From NCBI GenBank assembly GCA_951406725.2, contig OX597835.1, forward strand, positions 372,001 to 436,000: a DNA stretch of 64,000 nucleotides. Reading direction: 5' to 3'. The translations under genes were made by a program, and so were the position numbers. The notes below the pieces were generated by a model. It did not search any database, was not told the origin of the DNA, and worked only from the letters and a program-made list of their open reading frames with translations. Source of the DNA: Octopus vulgaris. Taxonomy: Eukaryota. Every line of letters begins with the position of its first letter. The first letter of the stretch is position 1. This document shows positions 55,341 to 64,000 of the stretch, one piece after another.

Positions 55341-57334
55341 TAAACATCACCAATTTATAAGTATAAGCATGGTGTGTATATGTGAATACATTGAAGTTAA
55401 AGAAAGTACAACTAATGGAAGAGAGACTTGTGTTGGAAGCAGGTGCCGAGGGAAATTGGTTTCTGAAAGATTTTGCCATCTGGATTCTGACATTCACTGA
55501 AATTGGGACTGCAGCAACTCAACAAAAGAGAAATTGAGAATCTTGTGTGATGCCAAAGAGTATTTGAAGAAGATGGCTTTCGGGAAAATGATCACCAATC
55601 AAAAGTAACCTTATTTAGTGATCAAGAATATTAGAATTCACACCTCTTGAATATATCGAAACAACATTAAGATATATAAATTCATAATTAGCATCACATG
55701 ACTTTCTGTATATGTAATTGTTATTTAACCATTTTTCAAGTAAAATAGCTGCTGGATATGTGTTATAACCATTCTTTAATAGTTTCTGCAATCAATTGCA
55801 CAAATGGTTCTTAAATGGTGAGCTGTGATGCACTATGAATTACAAGTAGTGTTTAGATGCATTAGGGACTTGCAAAAGTAATATTGAAGGTTTTAAAAAA
55901 GATCAGTACTAAGAGTCTTGTAAAATATGTTATTCATAATTTTGTTACATCTTTCACAAAACCCAAACAGAAAGCAGTGGGCAGTAGACTTAATCTTTCA
56001 TTTGAATTAAGGTCACCAGCCATGGTATCCATGGCTGTGTGGTGCGACCCTCACACCAGCATGGAAAATGGATGTTAAATGATGATGATGATGTGACTTA
56101 GAAGAAACATGACTGACAAAAAGCAAAAGTAGTCAAGGAAGCAAAAGAAGAGCAAAGAGGGCAACAAAAGAAAAAAAGACTACAACAAAGAGAGAAGAAG
56201 GACAGAGAAAAAGATAAAGGAAAAATAGTAAGAGATGTTTGGAAAGGAAGTACAATGGATGATACTGTATCCATAATTGTTGCTCTGTAGACTCAATGTT
56301 GCTTTATTTATTGATATCAGGAAGATTTGAATTCAAAGCAATTTCCAGCACTCAATTTCTGGGTGAGATTGGCCACACTGCCCATCACCTCATCCCAGTT
56401 CTTCTTCATTTTATCAACCCTCAAAGGACAAACGGCAAAGGTGACCTCAACAGTATTTGAGCTTAGAACATAAAACATCAGAAGAAATGCCAGTAAGCAT
56501 TTTCTTTTGCTAATGACTCTCCCAGCTCTCTGCCTTATAGCTGTCTTCAATGAAGTACTCTATACAGCTAGCATTCAGTTTGAGGATAATATTCTCTCTT
56601 GATACTAACAGTCTCACAGGTTCTGAAAAAGGATGTGGACACTGTACTTCTTCTTTTGAGTCATGTGACCAAAAAAATGGTGTTTTTGTCATGTGACTTC
56701 AAAAGGCAAGTGGCTTAATTAGACTTCCATGACTTAAAAACACAAATATGAATAAAAAAAAATCATGACTCAATTAGAGTCATGTGACTTAAAAACATGA
56801 GTGGAAAAATACAAAAAAGTGGAGGGAGCAAAGGGAGAGCAAGGAGAGCAACAAATAAAGACTACAACAAAGAGAGAACAAGAAAGGAAGAGAACGTAAA
56901 GGGAAGATGATAAGAGATGTTTGGAAAGGAACTACAATGGAAACAATTGTAATGAATGAGAGCGAGAGGAGAGGTAGAGTTCAATGAAGTGAAAATATGT
57001 TTATAGAGCTGACACACCTGGCGGGATCCTGGCTTTGGGGAGTAAGTAAAACGTTCATCATCTGGCATCACTTTCTCTGCAGTGGCAGGGCTGTCAATGT
57101 TGTCTAAGAAATCCTGGTACATCACATTTCCAAATTTGTTCAGTGGGATTATGGACCATATTGTAGTAAACTGGAAACAGAAAGTGAATGAATGAATGAA
57201 TGTATGTGTGTGTGTGTGTGTGTGTGTGCATACGTGTGTGTGTGCTCTCTTCTGTTTTTAATTATTTAAATTCTTTCTTTGAGGAAAAAGATGGTTTCTA
57301 ACAAAGATACAAAGCCACACACACACATATATAT

Positions 57335-57392
<58 letters not shown>

Positions 57393-57717
57393 GTGAGGGC
57401 GCGTGGCTTAGTGGTTAGGGCATTCGGCTCATAATCGTAAGGTTGTGAGTTCGATTCCCAGCGACGCGTTGTTTCCTTGAGCAAGACACTTTATTTCACG
57501 TTGCTCCAGTCCACTCAGCTGGCAAAAATGAGTTGTACTTGTATTTCAAAGGGTCAGCCTTGTCACTCTCTGTGTCACGCTGATTATCCCCGAGAACTAC
57601 GTTAAGGGTACACGTGTCTGTGGAATGCTCAGCCATTTGCACGTTAATTTCACGAGCAAGCTGTTCCGTTGATCGTATCAGCTGGGACCCTCGTCGTCGT
57701 AACCGGCGGAGTCTTTC

Positions 57718-57753
<36 letters not shown>

Positions 57754-60700
57754 TATGTTATACTAGCTGGCCCTATACCATCAAAAAAGAAAGTTAATTG
57801 TAGTATTTTATATATAAATAAGGTACAAATCAAGGTTTTAGTTTAATAATTCTTTTATGACCAAATTTTTCTGTGAAAAATCTATCCACAATTAACATCA
57901 ACATTTTTATGTTTTCCTTCCTTCTTGTACAACTTAAGGCCACATAAAGCTGGCTGTGACTAAATATGGGAGCTGGCAGGTAAATACCAACTTTTTCCTC
58001 TCCTTTCAATTGCACTCTCCATTACTGAAACCAACTCCATACGACTTAAAGTCACAAAAAACAGTCTGTGACTTAAAGTTGATGTTGTAAAAACTCCCGA
58101 TTCAAAATTTATTTCATAAATTTTTTAATAGAAATAAATTAGGCACATGTATGAACTGTTAAACGTGTATTTATAATACACTTTTCCACTGAGTTGATTT
58201 ATATTCTTGATACACTCAGGCAATAATTATTTTCTCTGATAAGTTTGTATATGTATATGTTTGTGTAGATGTGTGTGATTGTAATAATTATTTTTAACGA
58301 AACAGATATAATATGGACGGTAAATCCAAATTGAAACACTTGTCAGTGTTATCTTGTGGTTGTCTTTTGACATTCACATACTTCCCCTGTACATGCACAC
58401 ACATACGTATACTCACACAGAGTTGAAACACTGTTTGATTTCTCTTTCAACGTTGAATGTTCACCATCCTTCTTCCATTGCACACAAACACGCAAGCATT
58501 CACAATCCTCCCTTTTTACATACACACACATATACTCGCGCAGAGTTGAAATGCTGTTTTGTTTTTTCTCACCCCTTCCATATCCATCTATCACTCCTTC
58601 CTTTCTCGTTCATATGTTGTGACAGAGAAAGACACAAGAGTATTATTATAGTAGATTATATTCTATCATATACTTGTTTCAGTAATTGGGTTGTGGCTAC
58701 AAAGTGGTATCAAAAAGTTCCCAGACTAGTCATGTTTAATAAGAAATAACTGATGTACCTAAGTTTAACATCATCCCCTTCAAAATAGTCACCTTGAGCA
58801 GCAACACACCAGTCTCAGCATTCCTGCTACTTTTGGAATCTGGTCTGGAAGTCGTTTTCTGTAAGCAAGTCAAGAACCTTCTGTGATTCACTCTGGATCT
58901 CAACAACGGTGTTAAAACAGTGACCTTTGAGCTGCATTTTCATCTTGGGGAAGAGGATGGCTGTTTGCAGGTGCTAAATCTAGCAAATGGAGCAGGCGTG
59001 GAAGCAACACTAAGTCGTTTTTGTTGAGGAGAGCTCAGTGACAGGGTGCCTTGTTGTCTTGAAGAATCAAAATTCTTTGTGCTCCACAGATCCGGTCACT
59101 TTCGTCAAAAGTCCTCCCTCAAACACTCCAAAACATCATTGTCCTCCAATAATCCTCATACATCAGCTAATGAATCTTCTCCACATTTCAGTCACAAATG
59201 ACCAGGTATTGCAGCTAGAAAGTTACCCTCGGAAGCATGGACAAGGTTGTTTATAGAAGACCAACAGTTGCCCATGCATATCAGCCTCCTCCATTCCCTG
59301 CCACTGATGTTATCCAAGGGAAAGGCAAAGGCTGATACAATTTGGCACCAATGATGTCGCAACTCATTTCTGCAGCTGGAGCAATGCAAAATAAAATGTC
59401 TTGCTCAAGAACACAATGCACAGTCTGTCTGAGAATCAAATGCACTACCTCATTATTATGAGCCCGACGTTGTAACCACTGAGCCATGTGCCTTCACACG
59501 CACACATGCACACACACACACACACACACATAATACATGTTGCTGAGTAGCATATTCATGGTTATGGTATATAACCAGTCAAAAAGTTGCCATTGATTTT
59601 TGTGTCTACTATTGCACTTGGTAATACAGATGACTCATCAGATATGCTAGCTAAAAACACATAGCCAACTTTTATGCAGGAGGCAGATATACAAACTTGG
59701 TTAGCTTGGTGAAAAAGAAATCAAACAAAAACTCTTTCTTAGAACAAAAAAAATGATGTCTCCCATTGTATGGCCCCAGCCATGGCTGAAGAGGGTCAGC
59801 TGTGCCTGCATACACTTCTCTGTTTTCTAGCCAAAAGGGAAGACCATATTAACAAAATTAATAAAAAAGAAAGCACCTAAATTGTGCAAATGTTTTGAGT
59901 ATTCCCCTTCTAGTAAAACAAAGTTTGCACCATCTGCTTCTGTTGAGGTATGGCCCAGGTTGTTGCAGCAGCTTCCAGTTAATTTCATATGGTATTCCTT
60001 CCTCTTTTAATCACCATATATAGCTAGCTAGTATTGTAACTCTGCACGTCTCTTGGATCCTAAAAGAGGACCTATTGTTACTTAATCTGGCTTTAAAAGG
60101 GTCCTCCATTGTTCCAACATATTTCTATGTATGTATCCTCTCATTGCTGCTGTTGTTACAGTTGCTGGACACTACCAACTCTGTTTTGTAAATGACAACC
60201 TTAATGTTCCATCGACCATTCACAAGGCATTCATTGCTAGTGCTACATGAGCGTTCTCTGCAAAGGGCTTTGAGGTATTTGTTAATATCTTTCTGACACT
60301 AGGCACACAGATGAACTAAGCCCTTAAGTTACATTCACTGGATAATCTCCTATATCCATGGGACTATGTGAAATGCATTTTTACTAATTTAAATAAGACT
60401 CTTTCTATGCAGGTGAGAAGAGTAGAGAAAACCAGAGAACAGTGGTGAGTGTAATTCAAGAGAATTTGACTACTATTTTCAGCAAGTCAAGCACTGGCTC
60501 ATGCAGGTCCTACTGCAAACCTAATGAAAGTCTGTCATATATTAAGACAACCCCATGCCACCCACCTATAGTCTTTGAAAACCTTATAAAGGGTCTCAGT
60601 AAGAGGACTTCAAACCTATACATTCATAAAGAAGATTTTAATGCAGTAGCCCCCTATTATAATGAATCTCTTACAGCCAGCAGGTTTAAGGACCACATCA

Positions 60701-61642
60701 TGTATATGCCTGGACCTAACACCCACAAAAGTAAAATTTTGCTTCATTTTTTCACCACAAATCTAACCAAAGTTGTATATGTACCTCCAGCATAGAAGAG
60801 GTTATGTGCTTCCAGCCACCAGATCTGACAAGTCCAATGGCACACATGAAACCAATGGGAACTTTCTGACAGGTTGTGTGCCATAACCAGGAAGATACTA
60901 TTCAAAAATAGAAAAGTATAACTGTTCAAATTCTCTTTTAGAGTGTTATTTTTCTTTTTCCTGATTCATGGACAAGTGGCCAATGATATAAATAAATATA
61001 TAAATATATATACACACACGCACACGCACACATATATATATATATATATATCATCATCATCATCATCATCGTTTAACATCCGTTCTCCATGCTAGCATGG
61101 GTTGGACGGTTCGACCGGGGATCTGGGAAGCCAGAAGGCTGCACCAGGCTCCAGTCTTATCTGGCAATGTTTCTACAGCTGGATGCCCTTCCTAACGCCA
61201 ACCACTCCGTGAGTGTAGTGGGTGCTTTTTACGTGCCACCTGCACAGGTGCCAGGCAAGGCTGGCAACGGCCACGGTCGGATTGGTGTATTTTACGTGCC
61301 ACCGGCACGGAAGCCAGTCGAGGCAGCGCTGGCATCAGCCATGAGTCGGATAGTGCTTTTTACGTACCACCAGACCAGGGATCCTGGCTGGTTCAATTCG
61401 ATTTCGATTTCGCTTGCCCCAACATGTCTTCGCAAGCAAAGGGTTGGCATGGGTGCCTGTCGTCGGATGAGGTTCTATATCGACTTCGCTTGCCTCAACA
61501 GGTCTTTGTGTCCAAGGGAGGAAAGGCATGCATAAGTGGGCTGGGCTCACTTGTCCTGCCTGGTCTTCTCATGTACAGCATATTTCCAAAGGTCTCGGTC
61601 ACTGGTCATTTCCTCAGTGAGGCCTATATATATATATACACA

Positions 61643-61673
<31 letters not shown>

Positions 61674-62790
61674 TACACATACATTCACCTATATACTGAC
61701 TATATATACGGTTAAATGGAAGCTCCTTGAACAACCAGGGCTTACATAAATAGGAGCAATGGTGTAAGCTTTGAATCCTAAAAAACTCACTTGACTTGGG
61801 GACTTTCTTAAACTCCAGGAAAAAAGTATTCATCAACACTCCCATCTAAATTCTTTTCTGCTTCAGATTTGGAATTCCCCATTCGTTGAATAAGTCTCAC
61901 TACAGCACCTTCGAATCTTACCATGGTTGGAGTTGATGTAAGGGAGATAACCCCATCCCACCCGCAGCACAGATAAATATTTTTTGCTTACAAAACCAAC
62001 ACAACCGTTGCGTATTCCAGTTCTAGAGAGGTTATGCACCTTCAGCAATTTGAATGTGATGAGTCCCCTATATTGCTAAGCACTTTATAGGTGCGAAACC
62101 AATGGTCACTCTATGCTTGGCTATAACTTTTAACTTCCTAAGATATATATATATATAAATACAAATGGGACAAGAACGCAAAACATCCAGATAAGCGGTA
62201 CAAAAAACACGGACGGGTCATTCGAAGACTTTAATCTTCAGTCAAGAACCGGATCATCTTCGCAATTTCGGCTGATTAATCTTGAGATTGCTCCAATCTG
62301 GCCAGCCCCAAGGAAAAACTAAGCTAAGAGCATTAGATTCCTTGGCTTTCAGTGCAAATGGTCTTTTACACGGCGCTGTGTTTACAATCCTGTAAATAGT
62401 AATAATAATGGTATTTATCCTATAAGCTTAAAGCTTATGGCAATCACTGTGCAATGACTAAGGAAAATAGTCTAAGGAAAATAGTCTCGGTAGAAAAAAG
62501 AAGGCATTCCTGTCTGCGTGGGAGGTGAACCCACATCCTTTTGTTAACGCGACTAAGTGTATTAGCTTTACATGCGGATAGGAAAGCCTTCTTTTTTCTG
62601 TCCTGTCAAGAAATTATATGCTCCTTTATTAGATTATTTTTCTTACTCATTGCATGGTGATCGCCATAAGCTTTAAGCTTATAGAAAAAATATATATATA
62701 TATATGGACCAATCTTTGGTCAAAACATATCTAAGTTTATATATATATATACATACACACACACACACATATACCGTACATATATATAGT

Positions 62791-62864
<74 letters not shown>

Positions 62865-63159
62865 CAAACAGACAGACAGATTGATACACACACATTTTGT
62901 GAAAGTAACACATTTCTTAGGCAGTTTAAAATAAATACATTGGCAACATAGATTCACTTACATTTCCTGGATCGATGTCAATGCCACATCTTTGCAAGAT
63001 ACACTGAAAATCCCCTTTTGAAATTCCATTTATAGAAGCATAATCAACTTCTTCAAAAGCAGTCAATAGTCTATCTTTATTAGCAGAAACAAACTTCCTA
63101 AGGATGTCTTCAATATTCTTGCTGGGTCTTTGGGAAGCTGATTGTTTAGTGTCACCACA
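13664..63159 (-). CDS. EFCAB6: EF-hand calcium-binding domain-containing protein 6-like gene, 3' portion (spliced; exons listed separately; 5' end outside window)
   Basis: 14 minus-strand exons with GT-AG borders encode repeated EF-hand pairs. The C-terminus [16 protein letters not shown]...[43 protein letters not shown] matches the EFCAB6 C-terminal pattern as I recall it (W.PMRR.F...D...TG....DFR.VLRQY.INLSEEEF..I..YYDK.....I.YNDFLRAFL). Confidence 0.85.
14250..14552 (+). mobile_element. tRNA-derived SINE, family A, near full length
   Basis: A box tggcccagtggttagggc, B-box-like ggttttgattcc, followed by (TA)n. Confidence 0.8.
14858..15045 (-). CDS. EFCAB6: EFCAB6-like exon, phase 1-0: [62 protein letters not shown]
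   Basis: Acceptor cttccgtgctttag, donor AAG|gtaggg; phases fit both neighbours. Confidence 0.88.
18067..18797 (+). mobile_element. Penelope-like pseudo-LTR structure: ~220-bp inverted arms plus partial tandem repeat
   Basis: 18067-18285 is the reverse complement of 18511-18732; 18750-18797 repeats 18284-18329; (TA)n on both sides. Confidence 0.75.
18503..18569 (+). ncRNA. Minimal type I hammerhead ribozyme motif
   Basis: CCUA-CUGAUGA(18507-18513)-stem II-GAAA(18554-18557)-C-CAUG-GUC^UAGG; palindromic stem III ACCAUGGU; predicted cut after C18565. Confidence 0.7.
18905..19255 (-). mobile_element. Probable Penelope-derived repeat (second copy ~52965-53240)
   Basis: Shared motif GAAAC..GGAGTA...ACAACTGATGA.GGAG and microsatellite flanks. 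Confidence 0.45.
20710..20881 (-). CDS. EFCAB6: EFCAB6-like exon, phase 0-1: [57 protein letters not shown](D)
   Basis: Acceptor tttttaaacccaag, donor AAG|gtttgt; EF loop DVKSTGFI. Confidence 0.82.
22790..23835 (-). mobile_element. RTE-clade LINE fragment (same family as 11760)
   Basis: ORF 23096..23410 [11 protein letters not shown]...[14 protein letters not shown]; LYADD-like motif near 23750. Confidence 0.9.
25375..25431 (-). CDS. EFCAB6: EFCAB6-like short exon, phase 0-0: [19 protein letters not shown]
   Basis: Acceptor ttttgacctacag, donor GAG|gtaagt; 57 nt open and symmetric. Confidence 0.78.
25545..25865 (-). mobile_element. tRNA-derived SINE, family C (related copies ~41565-41805, 46995-47330, 53650-53822, 57395-57712, 59200-59497)
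   Basis: Head agtggttagagtgtcgagcttacgatcgtgaggttgtgagttcgaatcc, then cttgagcaagacactttatttcacattgctccag. Confidence 0.75.
26545..26763 (-). CDS. EFCAB6: EFCAB6-like exon, phase 0-0: [31 protein letters not shown]...ILKDKPFE
   Basis: Acceptor ctttgatttcag, donor GAG|gtaggt; 219 nt. Confidence 0.85.
27330..28780 (+). mobile_element. CR1-like LINE ORF2 remnant (RT domain, frameshifted)
   Basis: [41 protein letters not shown] motifs. Confidence 0.9.
29040..29405 (+). mobile_element. Non-autonomous Helitron 3' end
   Basis: Hairpin ccgggtgaaactgg ~10 nt before the terminal CTAG|T at 29401-29405; 5' limit uncertain. Confidence 0.5.
30663..30928. mobile_element. MITE with ~85-bp TIRs and 9-bp TSD (MULE/Merlin-type)
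   Basis: Termini GGTACCACTTAAG...CTTAAGTAGTACC; AAAGAAATC at both 30654-30662 and 30929-30937. Confidence 0.88.
33652..34700 (+). mobile_element. mariner (DD34D-type) transposase pseudogene
   Basis: [13 protein letters not shown]...[10 protein letters not shown] (HTH), [33 protein letters not shown]; several stops and frameshifts. Confidence 0.9.
34782..34988 (-). CDS. EFCAB6: EFCAB6-like exon, phase 0-0: [69 protein letters not shown]
   Basis: Acceptor ttctcttctggcag, donor ACG|gtaagt; 207 nt. Confidence 0.88.
36810..36995 (-). CDS. EFCAB6: EFCAB6-like exon, phase 0-0: [62 protein letters not shown]
   Basis: Acceptor ttttgttttccag, donor AAT|gtaagt; EF-hand pair. Confidence 0.85.
37458..37628. 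repeat. Near-perfect ~170-bp palindrome (fold-back element)
   Basis: ttagattcacttcaacatttaaattt...cctgttcactgataaaa / ttttatcagtgaacagg...aaatttaaatgttgaagtgaatctaa, with a short central loop. Confidence 0.85.
38065..38375 (+). mobile_element. RTE LINE fragment
   Basis: PWQLLYADD, then [14 protein letters not shown]. Confidence 0.8.
39109..39357. repeat. Two long (AAT)n microsatellites
   Basis: 39109-39200 and 39257-39357, the latter ending in (AACAAT)n. Confidence 0.95.
39680..40420 (+). mobile_element. RTE LINE 3' fragment
   Basis: [35 protein letters not shown]; frameshifted. Confidence 0.85.
41013..41168 (-). CDS. EFCAB6: EFCAB6-like exon, phase 2-2: [17 protein letters not shown]...GSSSVP(S)
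   Basis: Acceptor ttttcgttctcaag, donor TC|gtaagt; canonical EF loop [13 protein letters not shown]. 3' phase does not fit the next exon (see findings). Confidence 0.8.
42182..42397. mobile_element. piggyBac-type MITE
   Basis: TTAA|CCCTTTA...TAAAGGG|TTAA (TTAA at 42178-42181 and 42398-42401). Confidence 0.8.
42881..42999 (-). CDS. EFCAB6: EFCAB6-like exon, phase 0-2: [39 protein letters not shown](R)
   Basis: Acceptor tttttcaatcag, donor CG|gtgaga; 119 nt. Confidence 0.85.
43078..43470 (+). mobile_element. Internally deleted R4/Dong-like non-LTR retrotransposon
   Basis: [28 protein letters not shown] joined to [29 protein letters not shown]; (AAT)n tail. Confidence 0.7.
43771..43960 (-). 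CDS. EFCAB6: EFCAB6-like exon, phase 2-0: [30 protein letters not shown]...SQKIVK
   Basis: Acceptor tttttcag, donor AAG|gtaact; within ORF 43621..43959; EF-loop-like GMVDANEFL. Confidence 0.85.
44055..44230 (+). mobile_element. RTE LINE APE endonuclease fragment
   Basis: NAPQP....QKDHFYE....[13 protein letters not shown]. Confidence 0.7.
45425..45760. repeat. Minisatellite of ~23-30-bp units (aacttcctggaaagttccgaggattttct)
   Basis: About 11-12 degenerate units, each partly palindromic. Confidence 0.9.
47366..48300 (+). mobile_element. Decayed DNA transposon fragment, superfamily unclear
   Basis: TIR-like start ttagggtggagcagaaaatg after a microsatellite; remnant peptide [16 protein letters not shown]. 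Confidence 0.4.
51460..51617 (-). CDS. EFCAB6: EFCAB6-like exon, phase 0-2: [52 protein letters not shown](S)
   Basis: Acceptor ttttctttttaag, donor AAG|gttagt; 158 nt; phase fits the next exon. Confidence 0.85.
54010..54060 (-). CDS. EFCAB6: EFCAB6-like short exon, phase 0-0: [17 protein letters not shown]
   Basis: Long pyrimidine tract then caacag, donor AGT|gtaaga, 51 nt open and symmetric. Confidence 0.75.
54938..54995 (-). ncRNA. Minimal type I hammerhead ribozyme motif, sense to the EFCAB6 intron
   Basis: UGCAG-CUGAAGA-uggc...gcu-GAAAC-aguc-GUA^UUGCA; 5-bp stem I. Confidence 0.65.
55163..55238. mobile_element. Tigger/pogo-like miniature remnant
   Basis: tacagtactc..acttcacgga / tccatgaaagttgagggattattgta imperfect TIR pair with TA ends. 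Confidence 0.4.
57018..57170 (-). CDS. EFCAB6: EFCAB6-like exon, phase 0-0: [51 protein letters not shown]
   Basis: Acceptor ctgtttccag, donor CAG|gtgtgt, 153 nt; overlaps ORF 56862..57125. Confidence 0.85.
57762..58030 (-). mobile_element. Helitron 3' end with PIF1 helicase C-terminal remnant
   Basis: ORF 57830..58015 [21 protein letters not shown]; terminal CTAG|T at 57762-57766 (-). Confidence 0.8.
58699..59150 (-). mobile_element. mariner 3' half with TIR
   Basis: TIR tacaaagtggtatcaaaaagttcccagactagt (reverse copy at 53382-53413); [12 protein letters not shown] on the minus strand. Confidence 0.8.
59900..60300 (-). mobile_element. Penelope GIY-YIG endonuclease remnant
   Basis: [11 protein letters not shown]...VVIYK...[21 protein letters not shown]. 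Confidence 0.7.
60442..60740 (+). mobile_element. Penelope RT C-terminal remnant
   Basis: [11 protein letters not shown]....[16 protein letters not shown]....[16 protein letters not shown]. Confidence 0.75.
61051..61625 (-). mobile_element. RTE-related 3'UTR with (GAT)n tail
   Basis: Matches the 3' end at 12565-12835 and the tail motif ttaggaagggcatccag...(gat)n also at 1-200, 29480-29670 and 33415-33590. Confidence 0.7.
62421..62683. mobile_element. Fold-back MITE with TA termini and an internal tRNA-like arm
   Basis: Outer IR tataagcttaaagcttatggc...gccataagctttaagcttata; inner IR agaaaaaagaaggc...gccttcttttttct. Confidence 0.75.
62790..62863. repeat. (GATA)n microsatellite
   Basis: Direct observation. 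Confidence 0.95.
62962..63159 (-). CDS. EFCAB6: EFCAB6-like exon, phase 0-0: [66 protein letters not shown]
   Basis: Acceptor ttttttttttag, donor AAT|gtaagt, 198 nt open frame with an EF-hand helix-loop-helix. Absent from the ORF track. Confidence 0.88.
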
Positions 63160-63394
63160 CTAAAAAAAAAAACAGAAAAAATCAACAAAGATACAGAAAC
63201 ACCATGCTGCAAAGAGAGCAAAGCATATTACACTCGTCCCATCTGCCCATCTGCCCATCATTCAGACCAGCCTTAATTTTGGTGAGAATTTCTTTTGAAA
63301 CACTTTCCTGAGCTGATACAAAATTATCAAAACTCAGTGTCGCTAAAATTGTCAAGAAGGTTGAGGGTGTCTTGTCATCACTCACCAAATCCTT

Positions 63395-63900
63395 TGTGAG
63401 CTGCTCTCCGACTATCTATCTGCGGCTTTATATAGCTATGGTAAGACCTCACCTGGAATTTGCATCACCGGTCTGGAACCCCTATCTTGCCTAGGATATC
63501 AATCGTCTGGAAGCCGTTCAGTGACGTGCAACCAAAAGAATACCCTCCATCAGGCATTTGCCATATTCTGAACGCCTTACTTCCCTGGGCATGGACACAT
63601 TGAAACTCCGACGTCTGGCAGCTGACTTGGCAGACACCCATAAAATTATCAACCATCTTACAAACAATAACTCTGAGCACCTTTTCAAACTCCACCCATC
63701 TAACACCTATGGACATATTTACTAAGTCAGAAAACAGCACAGCTCCCATGACTTTAGGAAACATTTTTTCTCGCTGAGAGTTGCTGAAGCATGGAACAGA
63801 CTGCCGGCATCAGTTGTTAGTTGTCGGAGCACTGCATCCTTCAAAACTTCCATGCTTTCTGAGATTCGCCAACACTACACCTGATTTTCTCCCCTCCATA
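63395..63900 (+). mobile_element. CR1-clade LINE 3' end
   Basis: LYIAMVRPHLEFASPVWNPYL..DINRLEAVQ.RATK.IPSIRHLPYSERL..LG...LKLRRL.ADL; FFSLRVAEAWNRLP. Confidence 0.9.
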
Positions 63901-64000
63901 CACACACAAGCTTGTATCTGACTCATACACTGTTCGCTTCCCAGACATTTGTACATTACTGCATATACTCTATACGCACTTTCTGACAAGTTGTGGTGCA

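Noticed and set aside
58370-58570. Pair of ~70-bp direct repeats
   Set aside because: Degenerate, CA-rich local duplication with no further structure.
53382-58730. Composite mariner capturing two EFCAB6 exons
   Set aside because: The two TIRs face outward and belong to separate fragments.
62195-62300. CUGAAGA...CGAA hammerhead-like motif on the minus strand
   Set aside because: The second box reads GAAU rather than GAAA, and stems I and III do not pair.

Overview
AT-rich, microsatellite- and SINE-dense eukaryotic genomic DNA whose repeat landscape looks like a coleoid cephalopod, most likely Octopus (inference). It is not prokaryotic, so most ORF-track entries are spurious. (1) The 3' part of a minus-strand EFCAB6-like multi-EF-hand gene: 14 GT-AG exons rebuilt by hand from 63159 down to the stop at 13664 (~2.3 kb coding), with the 5' end beyond the window. 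All junction phases fit except one (41013->36995). (2) The promoter, first coding exon (MSTDRRSQ, 6945-6968) and a candidate 6-nt microexon (3990-3995) of a second, unidentified minus-strand gene. (3) Many decayed mobile elements: RTE, CR1 and R4/Dong-like LINEs, Penelope-like elements, Tc1/mariner, Helitron pieces, piggyBac- and MULE/Merlin-type MITEs, and tRNA-derived SINEs. The most notable non-coding signal is three different minimal type-I hammerhead ribozyme motifs (9763-9833 -, 18503-18569 +, 54938-54995 -), two of them inside fold-back, probably Penelope-derived elements. Also notable: an exon-cassette duplication within EFCAB6, inverted repeat pairs that could form dsRNA, a STAT/kB-like motif minisatellite, and a MITE carrying a tRNA-like arm. 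I see no evidence for a wholly new protein-coding system; the candidates are RNA-level and splicing-level.
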